DNA of 64,000 nt from Phoronis australis. Its lineage: Eukaryota; Animalia; Phoronida. Under the pieces are notes generated by a model. It made no database searches. It was not told the origin of the DNA and saw only the letters and a list, made by a program, of their open reading frames with translations. The DNA lies in the NCBI GenBank assembly GCA_002633005.1, contig NMRA01000056.1, positions 1,189,205 through 1,253,204 on the forward strand. Reading direction: 5' to 3'. This document shows, one piece after another, positions 15,201-27,130 of the stretch (its first letter is position 1; each line of letters begins with the position of its first letter). The translations under genes and the position numbers were made by a program.

Positions 15201-18200
15201 GCAAGTGTAGCACACACACTGGTTACAGTAGACGCTACCATAGTGTCTATCTAAATTATCTTATACTCACTTAACACATAAAACGATTCGATAATGAAGT
15301 GTCTCTTTACTGATGAAATTGTCACCTTTTTATTGTTTCAGCAACAGGTGGATAACACAGAACTTTCGTAAAATGGCCAATAACATTGCTCGCACCTTTT
15401 CGCATAATTGTGATGCGTTCAGAGTGTGAAATATACTGCTATCAACATAGGCCTACTTGAAATGCCCTGTGCATCCAAAGCAATGTACAGATGAACTGAT
15501 TCGCAACATGCCTGGTTCGCGGCAAACTTCAGTTACAAAGAATGGTTTAGAACTGGCCAGTTCCTCCAGGTACTTTGAAGCACAGTGCAGCTGTACTTTC
15601 AACAAAGCACCACTTGGTTATGGGATTTCTGCTTTACACACAGGCCAAACCACATTCACTGCACGCAACACTACACAAACTACAGGAAAACACCAACCAT
15701 AGGGTAGAGAACGAACCAGTGGCTGGACCTCTAAATAACCTGTCCAACAAGCTAGCTGCTGCGAGTCACGACAGGATTGGACTTAGCACCTTAACTGCTG
15801 CACGTACTTTTAACAAAGAAAATCAAATTATTAAACTTACAGGTCTTGCATGCAATTTGTTTGTTTGTTTGTTTGCAGCCTGTGACCTATGGCCATTAGA
15901 TACCAAGGTTGTCCAACCACTGTAACATTTCTCTGACTTCAATCACCACATGCAACTTACTGTGACAGGGGAGGCTCGCGTTGTGTGCGTCAGGGGGTGC
16001 CCCTCGCCATCCATGGCACCGCCCTGCACCAGGTAGGTGCCACCCTGAATCTGGTGCAGCACCTGTCCTTGAAGACCCACTTGGGAGAGGGTGCCAAGCT
16101 GGAAGATACAGGAACAGCAGAAAGTCAGCAGCTGAATGCCATGTCCACAAAGCAAACTGATATCAGGAGGAATAAGGAGATTTTAGTCATTTTTATGTAC
16201 TTGTACCTTGCTTCTCTGCAAGATTATAATAAAGGAACTGTTACAGTTTTTTAAAGAAAATGCCCATGTAGGCCCTCAAATTCGGAATGCCCTAATTTTT
16301 TGCCNCCCCCCCCTCCCCAGTTGCCTATGCGCGTGAACCAATCAATAGCAGGTTGGCATCAATTCCATAACGAAATTCATTATGCTCTGTATTAATATAA
16401 TTTCACTGAGTTAAATTCAAAGATATTAATTAGGCAATGTGCATAGATTCACCGTACAGGTTATTCATAATCTTACGTTACATTCATGCAATAATCGCAT
16501 ATGTAAAATGTACTTTTATGATATGGAGATATCTTGAAGTATCAAAATAAAGTTTTAACTTCCCCAAATTTTGCATTGAAACTAAGACTGCTAAAATATT
16601 AAGAAACACGATATACAGGCCCAGTAAACATAAAAAAATCATGGCAACTTATCAGACACCATGACAAACCATATCCATTCATTGACATCCCAAGACATGG
16701 ACTACAAGCAAGATCTTAGCTACCTCCTTAAAAACACAAATGTGCGCAAGGCCACTTCCCCTGTACTTACAGCTTAAAAACATTTATCATGAAATACACT
16801 GACCAACTAGTGTGACGCGGAAATACTACCATTCCTGTAAAAGACCCTGAACCTATTTTCTTCCCTATTCAGTCTACAATACCCATGGTGTATTAGAAGC
16901 AAGTCTAATTGTCTCCAACAACCTATCAAAGGGCAGTGTTTATCTGCCTAAGTCTAGCTACGACCATGGAAAGACGTCTTACCTGATTCGCTGTGGCATT
17001 GTAATAAGCCCCACTGACCGGCGTATACATCGTGGGACTGTAGTCTGAATAGTTCTGTCTGAAAAAGTGCAGGTAATAAGATATTGGTCAATGTACAGGG
17101 TGTAGCAAAAGAAATCCTAACAACTGAGTAACATGGGGAGGTTTCCTCAGTTAGTCACACTGGAAAAGTTATTGTGGTTCGTCATGACAGGAAGTAGATC
17201 AGGATTTACAAACGAGTGAAGTACTTGAAAGGCTACAGATAGCTGTTAGTTGAACAGAGTCACTCTTGATTCAGAAATCCACCACAGGTCTAAACCGTGA
17301 AAGTTTTAGCTTTCCACACAAAATGTCAACGACTCCTATTTTTAAGTAGTGTGAATGATTGTGATATTGGTGCAAATCCCAAAAGTACAGGAAAAAATAT
17401 GTTAATTTCTTGCTACGTAATTTTCAAAACAAGACATCTACAGTTAATGTACACAGTACAAGTCCAACAATTAGGCACACCTAACCCATTCCAAAGCACG
17501 TGTTAAATGGTCAGTTTTTGGCAATGCACACACATTGTGGCCATAATTTCAACAGTGGTCAGCTTGTTAATTACTAAATACAACAGACATGCACAACTAA
17601 TTAATGTTAATAACCACAGCAAATCAATGCGATTACCTACAACAGCGATTTAAAAGACAAATGTGCGCTAAGTGTTTTCTTAAGCATGCTTAGTACAGTA
17701 AACCCATGTTTTCCATTTTGCAACAAAAAATTCAAAAGCTCACACGTTGAAATAGGTGACTAAGAAAAAATATTCAACAGTGAGGAAACGTTTTAGGTGA
17801 GCATTTTAAGAACAACAAAAGAACAGATGAGGTGGCAGTAAAAAAAACAATGACGGCGTGCGTCCCAGCCGGGACTGAACCCCATCAAAAGGTGGCGGGA
17901 CGTGTGTGCGGGACTGAGGCGAGAGCGACGATGACGACAACTAAAACAATAGTAGAAGTGGTGGCACAACACACACGCGGCACGACGTCAGTTAACGTTA
18001 CTATTTACGTCATCTGTCCATTGTTTGAGTAGAGGCCTGAATCGGAGCCGTGATCTACGTACTGAACGTGGGCCGGGTAGACGGTCTGGCCCCCCGGCAG
18101 GTTGACCACGCCACCTCCACCCCCATCCTGATTGTGATTCTCTTGGTTGTTGGCCACCGTCGATGCTGCAAGACGACGCAAAGTTTAGTAACAGTGACTC

Positions 18201-20939
18201 CGGATACACTCAGGTTTCACAACACCTCATGATCACGTGTCAACGATGGTAATTCTTTATGTACTTTGCGATAGTATATACTGTACAGCAGGCAAGAAGT
18301 GAACATTTATTTTGTCAAATTTCTCGACAAAAATTTTAAACTATTCTTAGCTTGATCTGTACCATGCGGATGTCATAAAATGACATTCGGCGTTTCTATT
18401 TTTTATAGAAAGGTAGCGTTTGAAAAATCGAAAAAGAGCAACGCAAACCATTGCAATACAACCATGACTACACCACCAACAGTATACTTCTAAGGGCAAA
18501 TACTAGCATCACAAAAACGACCGCTAGATGGCGCAAAATACGTCAAACCCGACCAAAAACGAGAAGGCCTCATTGTCTCACTAACAGAGATCTATTTTGC
18601 CAAATTTCATGAAAATACATCTATGAACTCCAGACATAGAGGAAAATGTACGAATTGCAACTACGAGACACAGTGGTCTATGGATACGCATGCCAAATGT
18701 CACAAAGATCTCGCAAGGAGTTTAGCAGATACAACTGTGGATGCAAAACAACGTGCTGTTGACAGAAATAATTGCACCTGGTCTGGTACACGTTGTATCA
18801 GATGTGTACAGGCAGCTCATGTGGGCCCATTACACTGATCACCTGGAACCATTTTTATGCTTTATTAATACATAGTTAAAACTGAGCCGAGGAGCTAGAG
18901 ACCTGACTCAAAGGACTAGCAGTATGCCCCAGAGGGACTTGAACTCATGACCTTGAGTACAGGAAGTGAACACTCATCCCAATAAGTCACACTCCTCCGC
19001 TGTTGTTAGTTGGAAAACATTAGTAACTTTCGTAAAAATCCTTTGAGAAGCTAGGCACAGAGGTCAACGCTAAAAAACGGACTTGAAAATAACAAAAATG
19101 GCGTGACTGCTAGGTCATGCAGCATATACCTGATACATTAACAAATAAAGGTGTCGTCGTCTCCTGAACAGAAACATATTTCCTGAATTTCACGAAATTC
19201 TGGCCAGAAACTCCAAAGATAGAGATAAACGAAAATTGCCACAAGAGGGCATAGCGCAAATGGAAAAAAACAAATTGAAAAAATGACAATGGTCACTAAG
19301 TGGTTCAAAATACAATGAATCCATCAGAAAACGGGAGTATGTCATTGTCTCCTTATGGTAACCCATTTGCAGAAATAAAATAAAACTGCCACAAGGAGAC
19401 ACAGCGGAAGTTGTATCCTTACAAAAGTCATCGTCATTCGTTGTCGCATTCATCGTTGCATTCACCAGGGTTGCCACAGCATCCGCCGTATTCCCATCGG
19501 CAAGAACACATTTGTCAATTTTTATGATGATCATTTTTGAACAGTTGGCAACTAGAGAGGCAGACACCAAAAATGGACTCAAAAATAACCACCAGATAGT
19601 GTAGAATACGTTAAATCTGTCTGAAAATGGAAAGGGGGCGTCGTCTCCTCAACATAAACATATTAACCAAATTTTATGAAAAACCATCAAGGAACTCCAA
19701 AGATATAGAGGCAACCGCACAACAAAAAAATAAATAACATGAAATTCCCTTAAGAGGTCACAGCAGTAGCTGGATGGGCCCAAAAGTTCTCTTTTGACGT
19801 CAACTTCATAGGAACACATCTGTCAAATCTCGTTAAGATCCTGCAAGGGGTTCAGGAGACACAACAGCAGATGCCCTAACAGGGACGACGGCAATATACA
19901 CCCACGTATGTATACGTGAACGCATAAAAACGACAACTTGGCAATTAGTTTTGCGCACAGTGAAGAATACCGTACCATTTGTAGTTGACAAAATTTAATG
20001 ACAGGCTTATGACCAATAAACTGTATTGTGTGATTCTACCTCAACCTTAACATACAGACAGGATTCATCCATCAAAAACATGACCAATAGATTACATAAG
20101 AAGTTTTAGAAATTTGCACCACGCATTTCTCAGTTATACCCTGCAGTTCTTCCTGGGCCATACTTACTTGTGACTATGAACTGCTGGCCACCAGAGTGCG
20201 CTGGCTGTATGATCGTCGCAGTTTTCTGTGGACCTGTGGGTATGTTCTACAGAAGAAAATACCAACAAAGCATTATGCAGCTTCCATCATGATCAGACTT
20301 TGATGCATTAAACATCAACAGAACAAAGCTGCCGGTACCAGCATGGAAATGATAAAAATACGCCTTAGTGTTCACACCAGGATTAAGTTGAGCGAGGTCG
20401 CAGTGACAGAACTCTGTCGATCCTAACGCTCGGCTAAAGACCACCATGCTCTGCTTTTGGTCAAAGCTTTTTGTAAACAATTAGATCATAATAAAGGTAA
20501 TAATTTTCAAAAAGATTCAAAATTTGGAGGGTACTAGACTGAAAAATGTGACAGTAGTTACCAGTCATTTTACAGGTTGAGGCTACTTAAAAGCACTGTA
20601 GGCACGACTGACAAGAAAATTTAAAGATCTTGCAAAATTGAGTGTGGTGGTCAAATTTGAGAGCGTTCAAAAGCCTGCTGCATCTCACGGTATCCATACA
20701 TCACAGCATCACGACATAGACTAGCTCATAGAAATCTCAACCAAAACTCCATGAATTAAATCTACGGTAAACAAAGAAAAGCTTCGAGAGAAAGGGAATT
20801 ATCTCAGTGTTCACCTTGGCCAAGACATTTGCTGGGTCGTTGAATGAACGTTCACATGGTCGTTTCGCACCAACATGACTACACTTACCTGCACAGCACT
20901 CACTGCCTGCATCTCGGCTACAGAGAAAGTCTGGGCCAT
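3894..20939 (-). CDS. RFX3: RFX1/2/3-class winged-helix transcription factor (RFX3/RFX2/DAF-19-like), 13 coding exons, ~723 aa
   Basis: Phase-consistent GT-AG exons: 20939-20889, 20246-20168, 18165-18009, 17058-16983, 16098-15961, 12663-12482, 11718-11602, 11441-11207, 10663-10426, 10026-9779, 9049-8841, 8388-8235, 4181-3894 (2172 nt). Motifs: VYPAHVQYV activation region; [37 protein letters not shown]...[21 protein letters not shown]; [14 protein letters not shown]; dimerisation region [18 protein letters not shown]...[32 protein letters not shown]; basic C-terminus AKRLKTL. The symbol denotes the RFX1/2/3 group, not one-to-one orthology. Confidence 0.95.
4321..4560 (+). repeat. Dispersed AT-rich repeat fragment, second copy at ~33560-33800
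   Basis: TAGAAAACTGTAACAGT...ATGAAATTTA...GATACA..TGTTTTGCT...TTTCTACT shared with 33560-33800; probable DNA-transposon relic. Confidence 0.55.
6165..6817. repeat. ~325-bp direct duplication (6165-6489 vs 6491-6817) around a single N, containing an (AAT)n microsatellite; probable allelic/assembly overlap
   Basis: TCATTAAAAAGGCCAGCCAATGTGCAAT at 6165 and 6491; n at 6490; the copies differ in (AAT)n length and a 7-bp indel. Confidence 0.88.
18521..18534 (+). promoter_or_regulatory. CTCF-like core motif in an RFX intron
   Basis: CCGCTAGATGGCGC closely matches the CCASYAGRKGGCRS core. Confidence 0.45.
18565..19870 (+). repeat. Degenerate ~70-80-bp repeat units of an interspersed element, interrupted by a SINE
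   Basis: Variants of GTCTCCT..ACA.AAACATATT..C.AAATTT.ATGAAA....A...GAACTCCA.AGATA.AG at ~18575, ~19155, ~19640; weaker copies at ~18690 and ~19810. Confidence 0.55.
18791..18990 (-). mobile_element. tRNA-derived SINE-like element; 3' part repeated at 26783-26884
   Basis: Minus strand reads GTGACTTATTGGGATGAGTGTTCACTTCCTGTACTCAAGGTCATGAGTTCAAGTCCCTCTGGGGCA (A-box and B-box-like); body CACTGATCACCTGGAA...TTTTTATGCTTTATTAATA is shared with 26783-26884. Confidence 0.6.
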
Positions 20940-23159
20940 TTTTTCATATCTCTAAAATTACAGAGTAAAATTGGGTAAATGGTACCGCAGACTAAACAGC
21001 AGGCATGGTACCCAAGAGAAGCAATAACATTAATCAGTGCTTGGACATGCCACTGTAAAATTCCAATTTGGACAGTCTGAGGAAGGCTTCTCATCTGAAC
21101 ATTAAAGGGTTAAATGGCACGGATAGGTAATAAAATTCATTAACAACCGTTATTATCCAGTAGAAATACTTCACCATGATGAGACGCCTGGTTGCTAGCG
21201 GAATAAAATTCAAATTAATTCACTGTGCCAACAGTTGCTAGAAGGGAACCATCTCCGATGTCGGTTTAATATGAGTCCTGTGCTAGGAGATAACCTAGGG
21301 CACGCGGATGACTATCGTCCTGGCAACAGGGTTGTTTGTGTTGTCAAGGATATGACAAGGCAGTGGGAACCATTTAAATGTGAATGTGATTAAACACCGA
21401 TGGCTTCATTATACAGGGTTAGAATTTAAATTATAATATCACAAGCATATTTTTGTTGTTAACGATCAGAAACTTGTAGCAAAACCAAGAGACAATAAAT
21501 TTGTTGCGTGGTAAAACCTTTTTAAATTAAATACTCACATAGAGAACCTGGTTTCCGTTTTAGCAAACACATTTTTAAACTATCAATTTTCATTTTTACT
21601 ACTTTAAAGAAATGAATATCATAAATAATTATCTGGGAATTGTCCAACTTTCTCTGGTACAATTTTGCCACGGCTCCCCTTTACCGATAACTTGCTGTAT
21701 GTCATGTTTATTGTCACAACTGGAAGAGAACAGCACCAACTTCAGAAAGAATGAACAACTACTTGAACATGTCTGCTGCAAAACAATCGGCGATTGATTT
21801 ATCGTCAGAATTCTCAAATTTGATGGATAATGTTCTTAATTTATGGTAATCAAAAACTCAAAATATTAGAATATTGGCATCTGCTACTGAAATATGGAAA
21901 TTCAGTTCGAAATCCCCAATTCTATGAAACAAGTCAGATTCCGTGAATTCCATCTGTTTTTCGTGATCGCGGAATAAGTCTTTAGCTACGTATTTGTGCT
22001 TCTTGATTCAAAGCCTACAAGCAAAAATTAACAAAACCAGGAGCATGCCTATTTTGTGCCTTAGCACCAGCTAAACTTGAACCTTGAAGACAGGTTGATA
22101 ACTGACAGACATGAGATCAGACTTATCAAAGTGAAAAGAAAGGTCAGACTTCACCAAAATGATCCAGTAAATACAAGCTGCATGTTACAAAAATCTTAAA
22201 TTTTTGAAACGGCACAAACGGCAGTAAAATAAGAGAAACGATTATAAAATGCAAATAGGACAAACTGCGCAAAAGCACTCATGGTAAGAATGACAATCAA
22301 TAAAAATAAAATGAAACTTTTTTCCAATACTAAAAATGATGTTGGGCAATTTCAGAAATAAGACATGACACACTAATTAACACGAATAAATACATATTGT
22401 ACACGCTTTCAAAATTTTACAATTATCTTTCAGCTGATCAGGCACAAAACTGACAGATTTCACATTTCTGATACCATAACACCATGAGAATTGTCAATGG
22501 GTCAAGTTAAACGTATAACTTTGTCTGCAGCAAAGTTCTGCTTTTCTTTTGTAATTAACCAACATTGGTTTTGTTAAAAAAAAATTCTAAGTGTTGCAGC
22601 GACGTACCTTTCCCGTTCCTATTTTGTTTTTATTTTCACTCTTATCATTTTATGTCATTAAACTTTTTTATGAATGTTACATCAATATTTCATGACATTT
22701 GCCATAAACATGTCCTGACCCATACGTCCTACAACAGCAATCAAATGACCGCACAATGGCGCTCATAGATTGATAACAAGAGCAACTCGATTCGATAATT
22801 AAAATTGTGATTTTGTAATTGAAATTAGCAACTCTATTTTTCTCTAATGACTTCAATGTTGATCAGTCCGATGTGCGAATTCAAATGAAGCGCTATCCCC
22901 GTAGCTTAGCTACCAAGACAAAACAGAGCTACAGGCGACTGTTGAGTGTTGTAAAGGCGGGCAAAGAAAGGTTCGCAAACTGTCGATCGAACGCCATTTT
23001 CCGAACAGATTTAGAAAATGCTCACATGTAGACACTAAAAGATTTCCAAAACAACGCTTATTTACATAAACGGGCAATAAAATTTAATTAATCTTAAACA
23101 CGGCGAAATGATTCACCGTAACGACATATCTAACGACGCAAAATGTAAGGAAAAATCAC

Positions 23160-23500
23160 CTTAGTTGCTTGTTGGCGGGTAACAGTCGTCACAGCTACGG
23201 TGGCTATGGCGTTTATTCCTACGGCAACTGTTGCCAGACGCTTTGCATAAGCAGCTATTATATTATTGCGCTTGACCTGCAAACTATCATGGCTCAGTTT
23301 GCTTTTTGCATGCTTTTGAACTAATTATTCAACTGCAAACTGTTTCACTTGAAAACATGTTGGAAAAATAGTAATGCAATTAACTCAGCACAGCGATCCT
23401 TCGTTAAACTAAGGTCAATGCACAGGAACTCACGCGCGTAATGACAGACATAGATGAGCTGTGAAAAGTCTAGTCGCCATCTTGCCTTCTTGACTTGTTC
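23160..23500 (-). promoter_or_regulatory. Probable RFX promoter and non-coding first exon
   Basis: Minus-strand donor CTAAG|GTGATT at 23160/23159; YY1 motif CAAGATGGCGAC (23484-23473); X-box-like sites at 23215-23235; the ATG exon has an acceptor at 20952 and so needs an upstream exon. Confidence 0.5.
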
Positions 23501-24130
23501 ACCAAATGACCGTTAAAAAGGCGCAAACTAGTTCATTTTTCTGCTACTTCATACATGTTTTCGAAACAATTTTAGAAAAGATAGTTAGGAAATCATTAGT
23601 ACAGATAAACAGAAGCATTTCTGTAAAGGAACCCAGCTCGAATGATGAACCACGCAGTGACTTTACGCACTACTTTTGCGCCATTTCTGAGACAGTGGCC
23701 CCTCAGACCAACAACAAACACGTGAGATACAGCGCCACCAGTGGCAACACTAGTGAGTGATGGTTTTCTTCTGAGTTGTTGAAGCACGCCAGTGCGGCTT
23801 GTGTTTAGCGAAGCGCCATAAGCACAAAAAGCCTTATTCATAATTTTTACTTAAAATGCAATGAAAAGTGCAATAAATTGCATTGATTTTTTTTTGCTAC
23901 AGGACTCCAGTAATAAACCTCGGCGAGGGTGGACGATATATAGCCATATAGCGGGAGAGTACGACATCCAGACATCAGTCCACAGACGCACACTTACTTT
24001 TTCAGTAGACTTAATTGTTTAGTCACGACTAAAAGTCATGAATAGTATTCACACCAACTCACAAACTCGGAGTCATTTTTTCATGGGAGGCACCCCCAGT
24101 ACGATGTGGTACATCGCCTATAGACCATGT

Positions 24131-24192
24131 GCGGCGTAGCACTGAAAAAAGTGGGGCTATAGCCCCCAGCCCCCTATGGTGCGCCGCCCATG
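24131..24192 (-). mobile_element. hAT-like transposon end; inverted copy at 26471-26534
   Basis: Reverse complement CATGGGCGGCGCACCATAGGGGGCTGGGGGCTATAGCCCC...TTTCAGTGCT matches 26471-26534; CA...TG-type terminus. Confidence 0.55.
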
Positions 24193-26470
24193 TTTTTACC
24201 AAAATACACCTCCACAAGTAAAGTAGGCTATTTAGTACTTCATCCTCACAAACAGCAAGGTTTGAGTCGCGATCTTGTTATGATACAAAGTTAGAGTTCA
24301 GACTTACTAAGATAACTTATTCTCGTAAGCAATGCTACTTTTCGCATGCACAGCAATTCTTTTCTTACAAACAAATTTCCAACTCCATAAACCTTTCAAT
24401 GGTGTTGTGCGAAGAAATCGAGGGAACATATTTTCCTCCGAGTCTCAGAGCGAAGTCAAAGTGTTCGGACAAACAGAGACAAACACACTTCACAATTAAA
24501 GTTTTTTAATCAGCGGTTTTATACCGAAAGGAATTTTTAAAAATTATTTGAGACAAACTTTGCCACGCATATCGGTCGCCCACGTTTTCGCCTTCCCCGG
24601 CGGTCATTCTAAATTTTTAAACACTTTTGATCCCCGGAGACTATCACATTCCTTCCCCGTCGTTGCCATTTCAATCCATAGGTGCTCTGGTAAGTTGAGA
24701 AGGGACATACCCCGGCGGTACCACTTTTTTCAAGGCTACGTTGTAGGCGTTGACGTTTGGGAGTCGAATGATATAGATTTAACTGAATTTTTGTCAACTT
24801 GCGTCAAAAGTCAAGAAGATTTGTTTGATTGGTACAAAAATCGCACGTGAATCGTATATTCCGGTCAGTTTCCGTAAACGCCTAAATACATGTGAATTAG
24901 ACACTAACCAATGAACCCGTGCCAGTGTAGGTTTCAACATAAACGCGATATTACAATGAGCTTAGACGGCACACAATAACAGTACAATCACGACCGATAT
25001 GAAACACAACTTTTTCAGTTTTCTACAGTTTTTGTTAGTTTTTTTAATACGAAAGGAATTATTAGTCATGTGCACAGATGCCTGACGGCACACCCGGGGA
25101 AAGCATCGGGGTCTGAATTCCCCGCGGAGGGCTGGGAGCACCAGGTGTATTTTAACACGTTAAAACGTCGTATTATACTGTCATCTCCAAATTAAACTTG
25201 CGTGTAATAAATCGCAAAAGTCTGCGTAAGAGTCAATATGCTGGGCTCCTTGAAATCCGTGATACTCGCTTACATGTAAAGTCAAAAATGTTTGGCTTTG
25301 GTCTGTTTTTTTTTTTGAAAATCGAGTCGGTAGTGTGATCTTTTTCACTTTTGCAAAAAGAAAAGTTACCTGGGGAACGCGAAACGATGCGGGTTCATTT
25401 TTTACACATTTCTGGCAAATCGTGAAGGCTCAAATCTTGTTAGTTTGCCCTTGTTTAGGCCTACGTGCCTTTGAGCGGTTTTCAAAAAACGCACGGGACC
25501 TTGGTTGAAATTGATGCGGGCGGGAACTTTTTTTACTCGGTGAGCGCAGACCTCAAAATGAGTCGAGAGCAGACCAAAAGCAGATACGATTTTTTGGGCC
25601 AAACCCGCTTATAACACTGACGTGTGCACACCAATCAACTAGATTGAACATGCTCTACTACATCACCAGTATCGCAGTGTCACCCTCTTCTTGAATACTT
25701 TCCTAACAACTATCTTAAAAATTATTCCTATTTCAGGTGAAAATATCAATGTTTGTATCTTGCCACCATCACATTGATTGTAAAATCACTTATTGTGTAT
25801 GAAAATGATTTATTTATATTCGTAATCGTATTTATATTTAAAACATATCTTTGTAATCTAAACATCAGTTTATCAATTTATGTATTTGTGTATTGTAGGT
25901 AGTCCAGATACAATGCCTCTTGGCCCGTTCTGGGTCTGTTTATTTATTGACTATTTCATATTAAACAGCACCATTGGGTTAATGTGTAAAAATCCTTATT
26001 CCATTATTGATGGCATTGGTTTTAATGCAGTCTCACAATTCGAATGTTTCCTATGCCGGTTTCATATACGTCCGTCTTGACGACCAGGTGCTTTTAATTA
26101 AAATATTTTAGTAATTTCACCCACTTCCTCGCGTGAATAATGACACGCGTTTTTATTGTTTTTAATTTATATCTCATACTTTGGTGTTGATGTGAATCTT
26201 GCAAGGTCTTTCTTCGCCATTTTGAGGGTGGCACATGTTCCCGCTCAGGCGTATTGTAAGATTAACGTTACCGCACGACTATAGCACTTTTGGCGCAAAA
26301 ACAAGGGCAACTTCGGCTGTATATCTCAAATTAGAAGAAATGTAACCCACGTCACGCCTTGTAATCTTTTTGCCGAACCTTGTTCGTTTTTTAACTTACG
26401 TACTTCCTTATCGGGACTAGTCTTATCTTACATTTTCAATGGTGACAAGCCTCGATAAAATCGCCTACGA

Positions 26471-26534
26471 CATGGGCGGCGCACCTTAGGAGGCTGGGGG
26501 GCTATTGCCCCCCCTTATTTCAGTGCTGCACCGC
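26471..26534 (+). mobile_element. hAT-like transposon end; inverted copy at 24131-24192
   Basis: CATGGGCGGCGCACCTTAGGAGGCTGGGGGGCTATTGCCCC...TTTCAGTGCTGCACCGC. Confidence 0.55.
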
Positions 26535-27130
26535 CTAGTATGTACGAGCTATAGCCAGTAGCTCATTAACCTTATGTATGCACGTACGTGCCCCTGTACC
26601 TTCATGTAAAGGTAACCCTACATGTAAAAGCGCCATATATCCGCAAATATAGGCGCATGCCCCTAAATGAACGACAACAGAGTAAAACCAAGGCGCAAAG
26701 TATTAAAAAATGTTGAGCGAAACCCCACTTCTCCCTCACAACATTGATATATAATAAAATAATTGCAGGCAGTCTGATGCACGTTGTACCAGACGTGCGC
26801 AGGCCTCGCATGTGGGACCATTGCACTGATCACCTGGAAATGTTTTTATGCTTTATTAATATATGGTTAAAACCGAGCTGAGGATTGATAGTGAAAGCAT
26901 ATTTTCTGGAAACTCAGACAGTAGAATCTGATTTTTGACTTTATACCAATATGCCATGAATCTGATCATGTTTCTTAGTAACATTTAGCCAAAAAGAAAG
27001 GTACATCCGAAGAAGGGCGAACCCCGCCATATTGCTCTTGTTTTGCCCGAGTCTTTGCTTCACATTTTTCTAGGGTTCAAAATAACCTTGAGATTCTTTG
27101 ACAGTAACTGTCCAGGCTCTTTTGTAGTTA

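Noticed and set aside
3961-16254. Plus-strand ORFs opposite RFX exons (3961, 8856, 9837, 10518, 15985)
   Set aside because: Antisense shadows of GC-rich coding exons; the same applies to minus-strand ORFs over the actin exons
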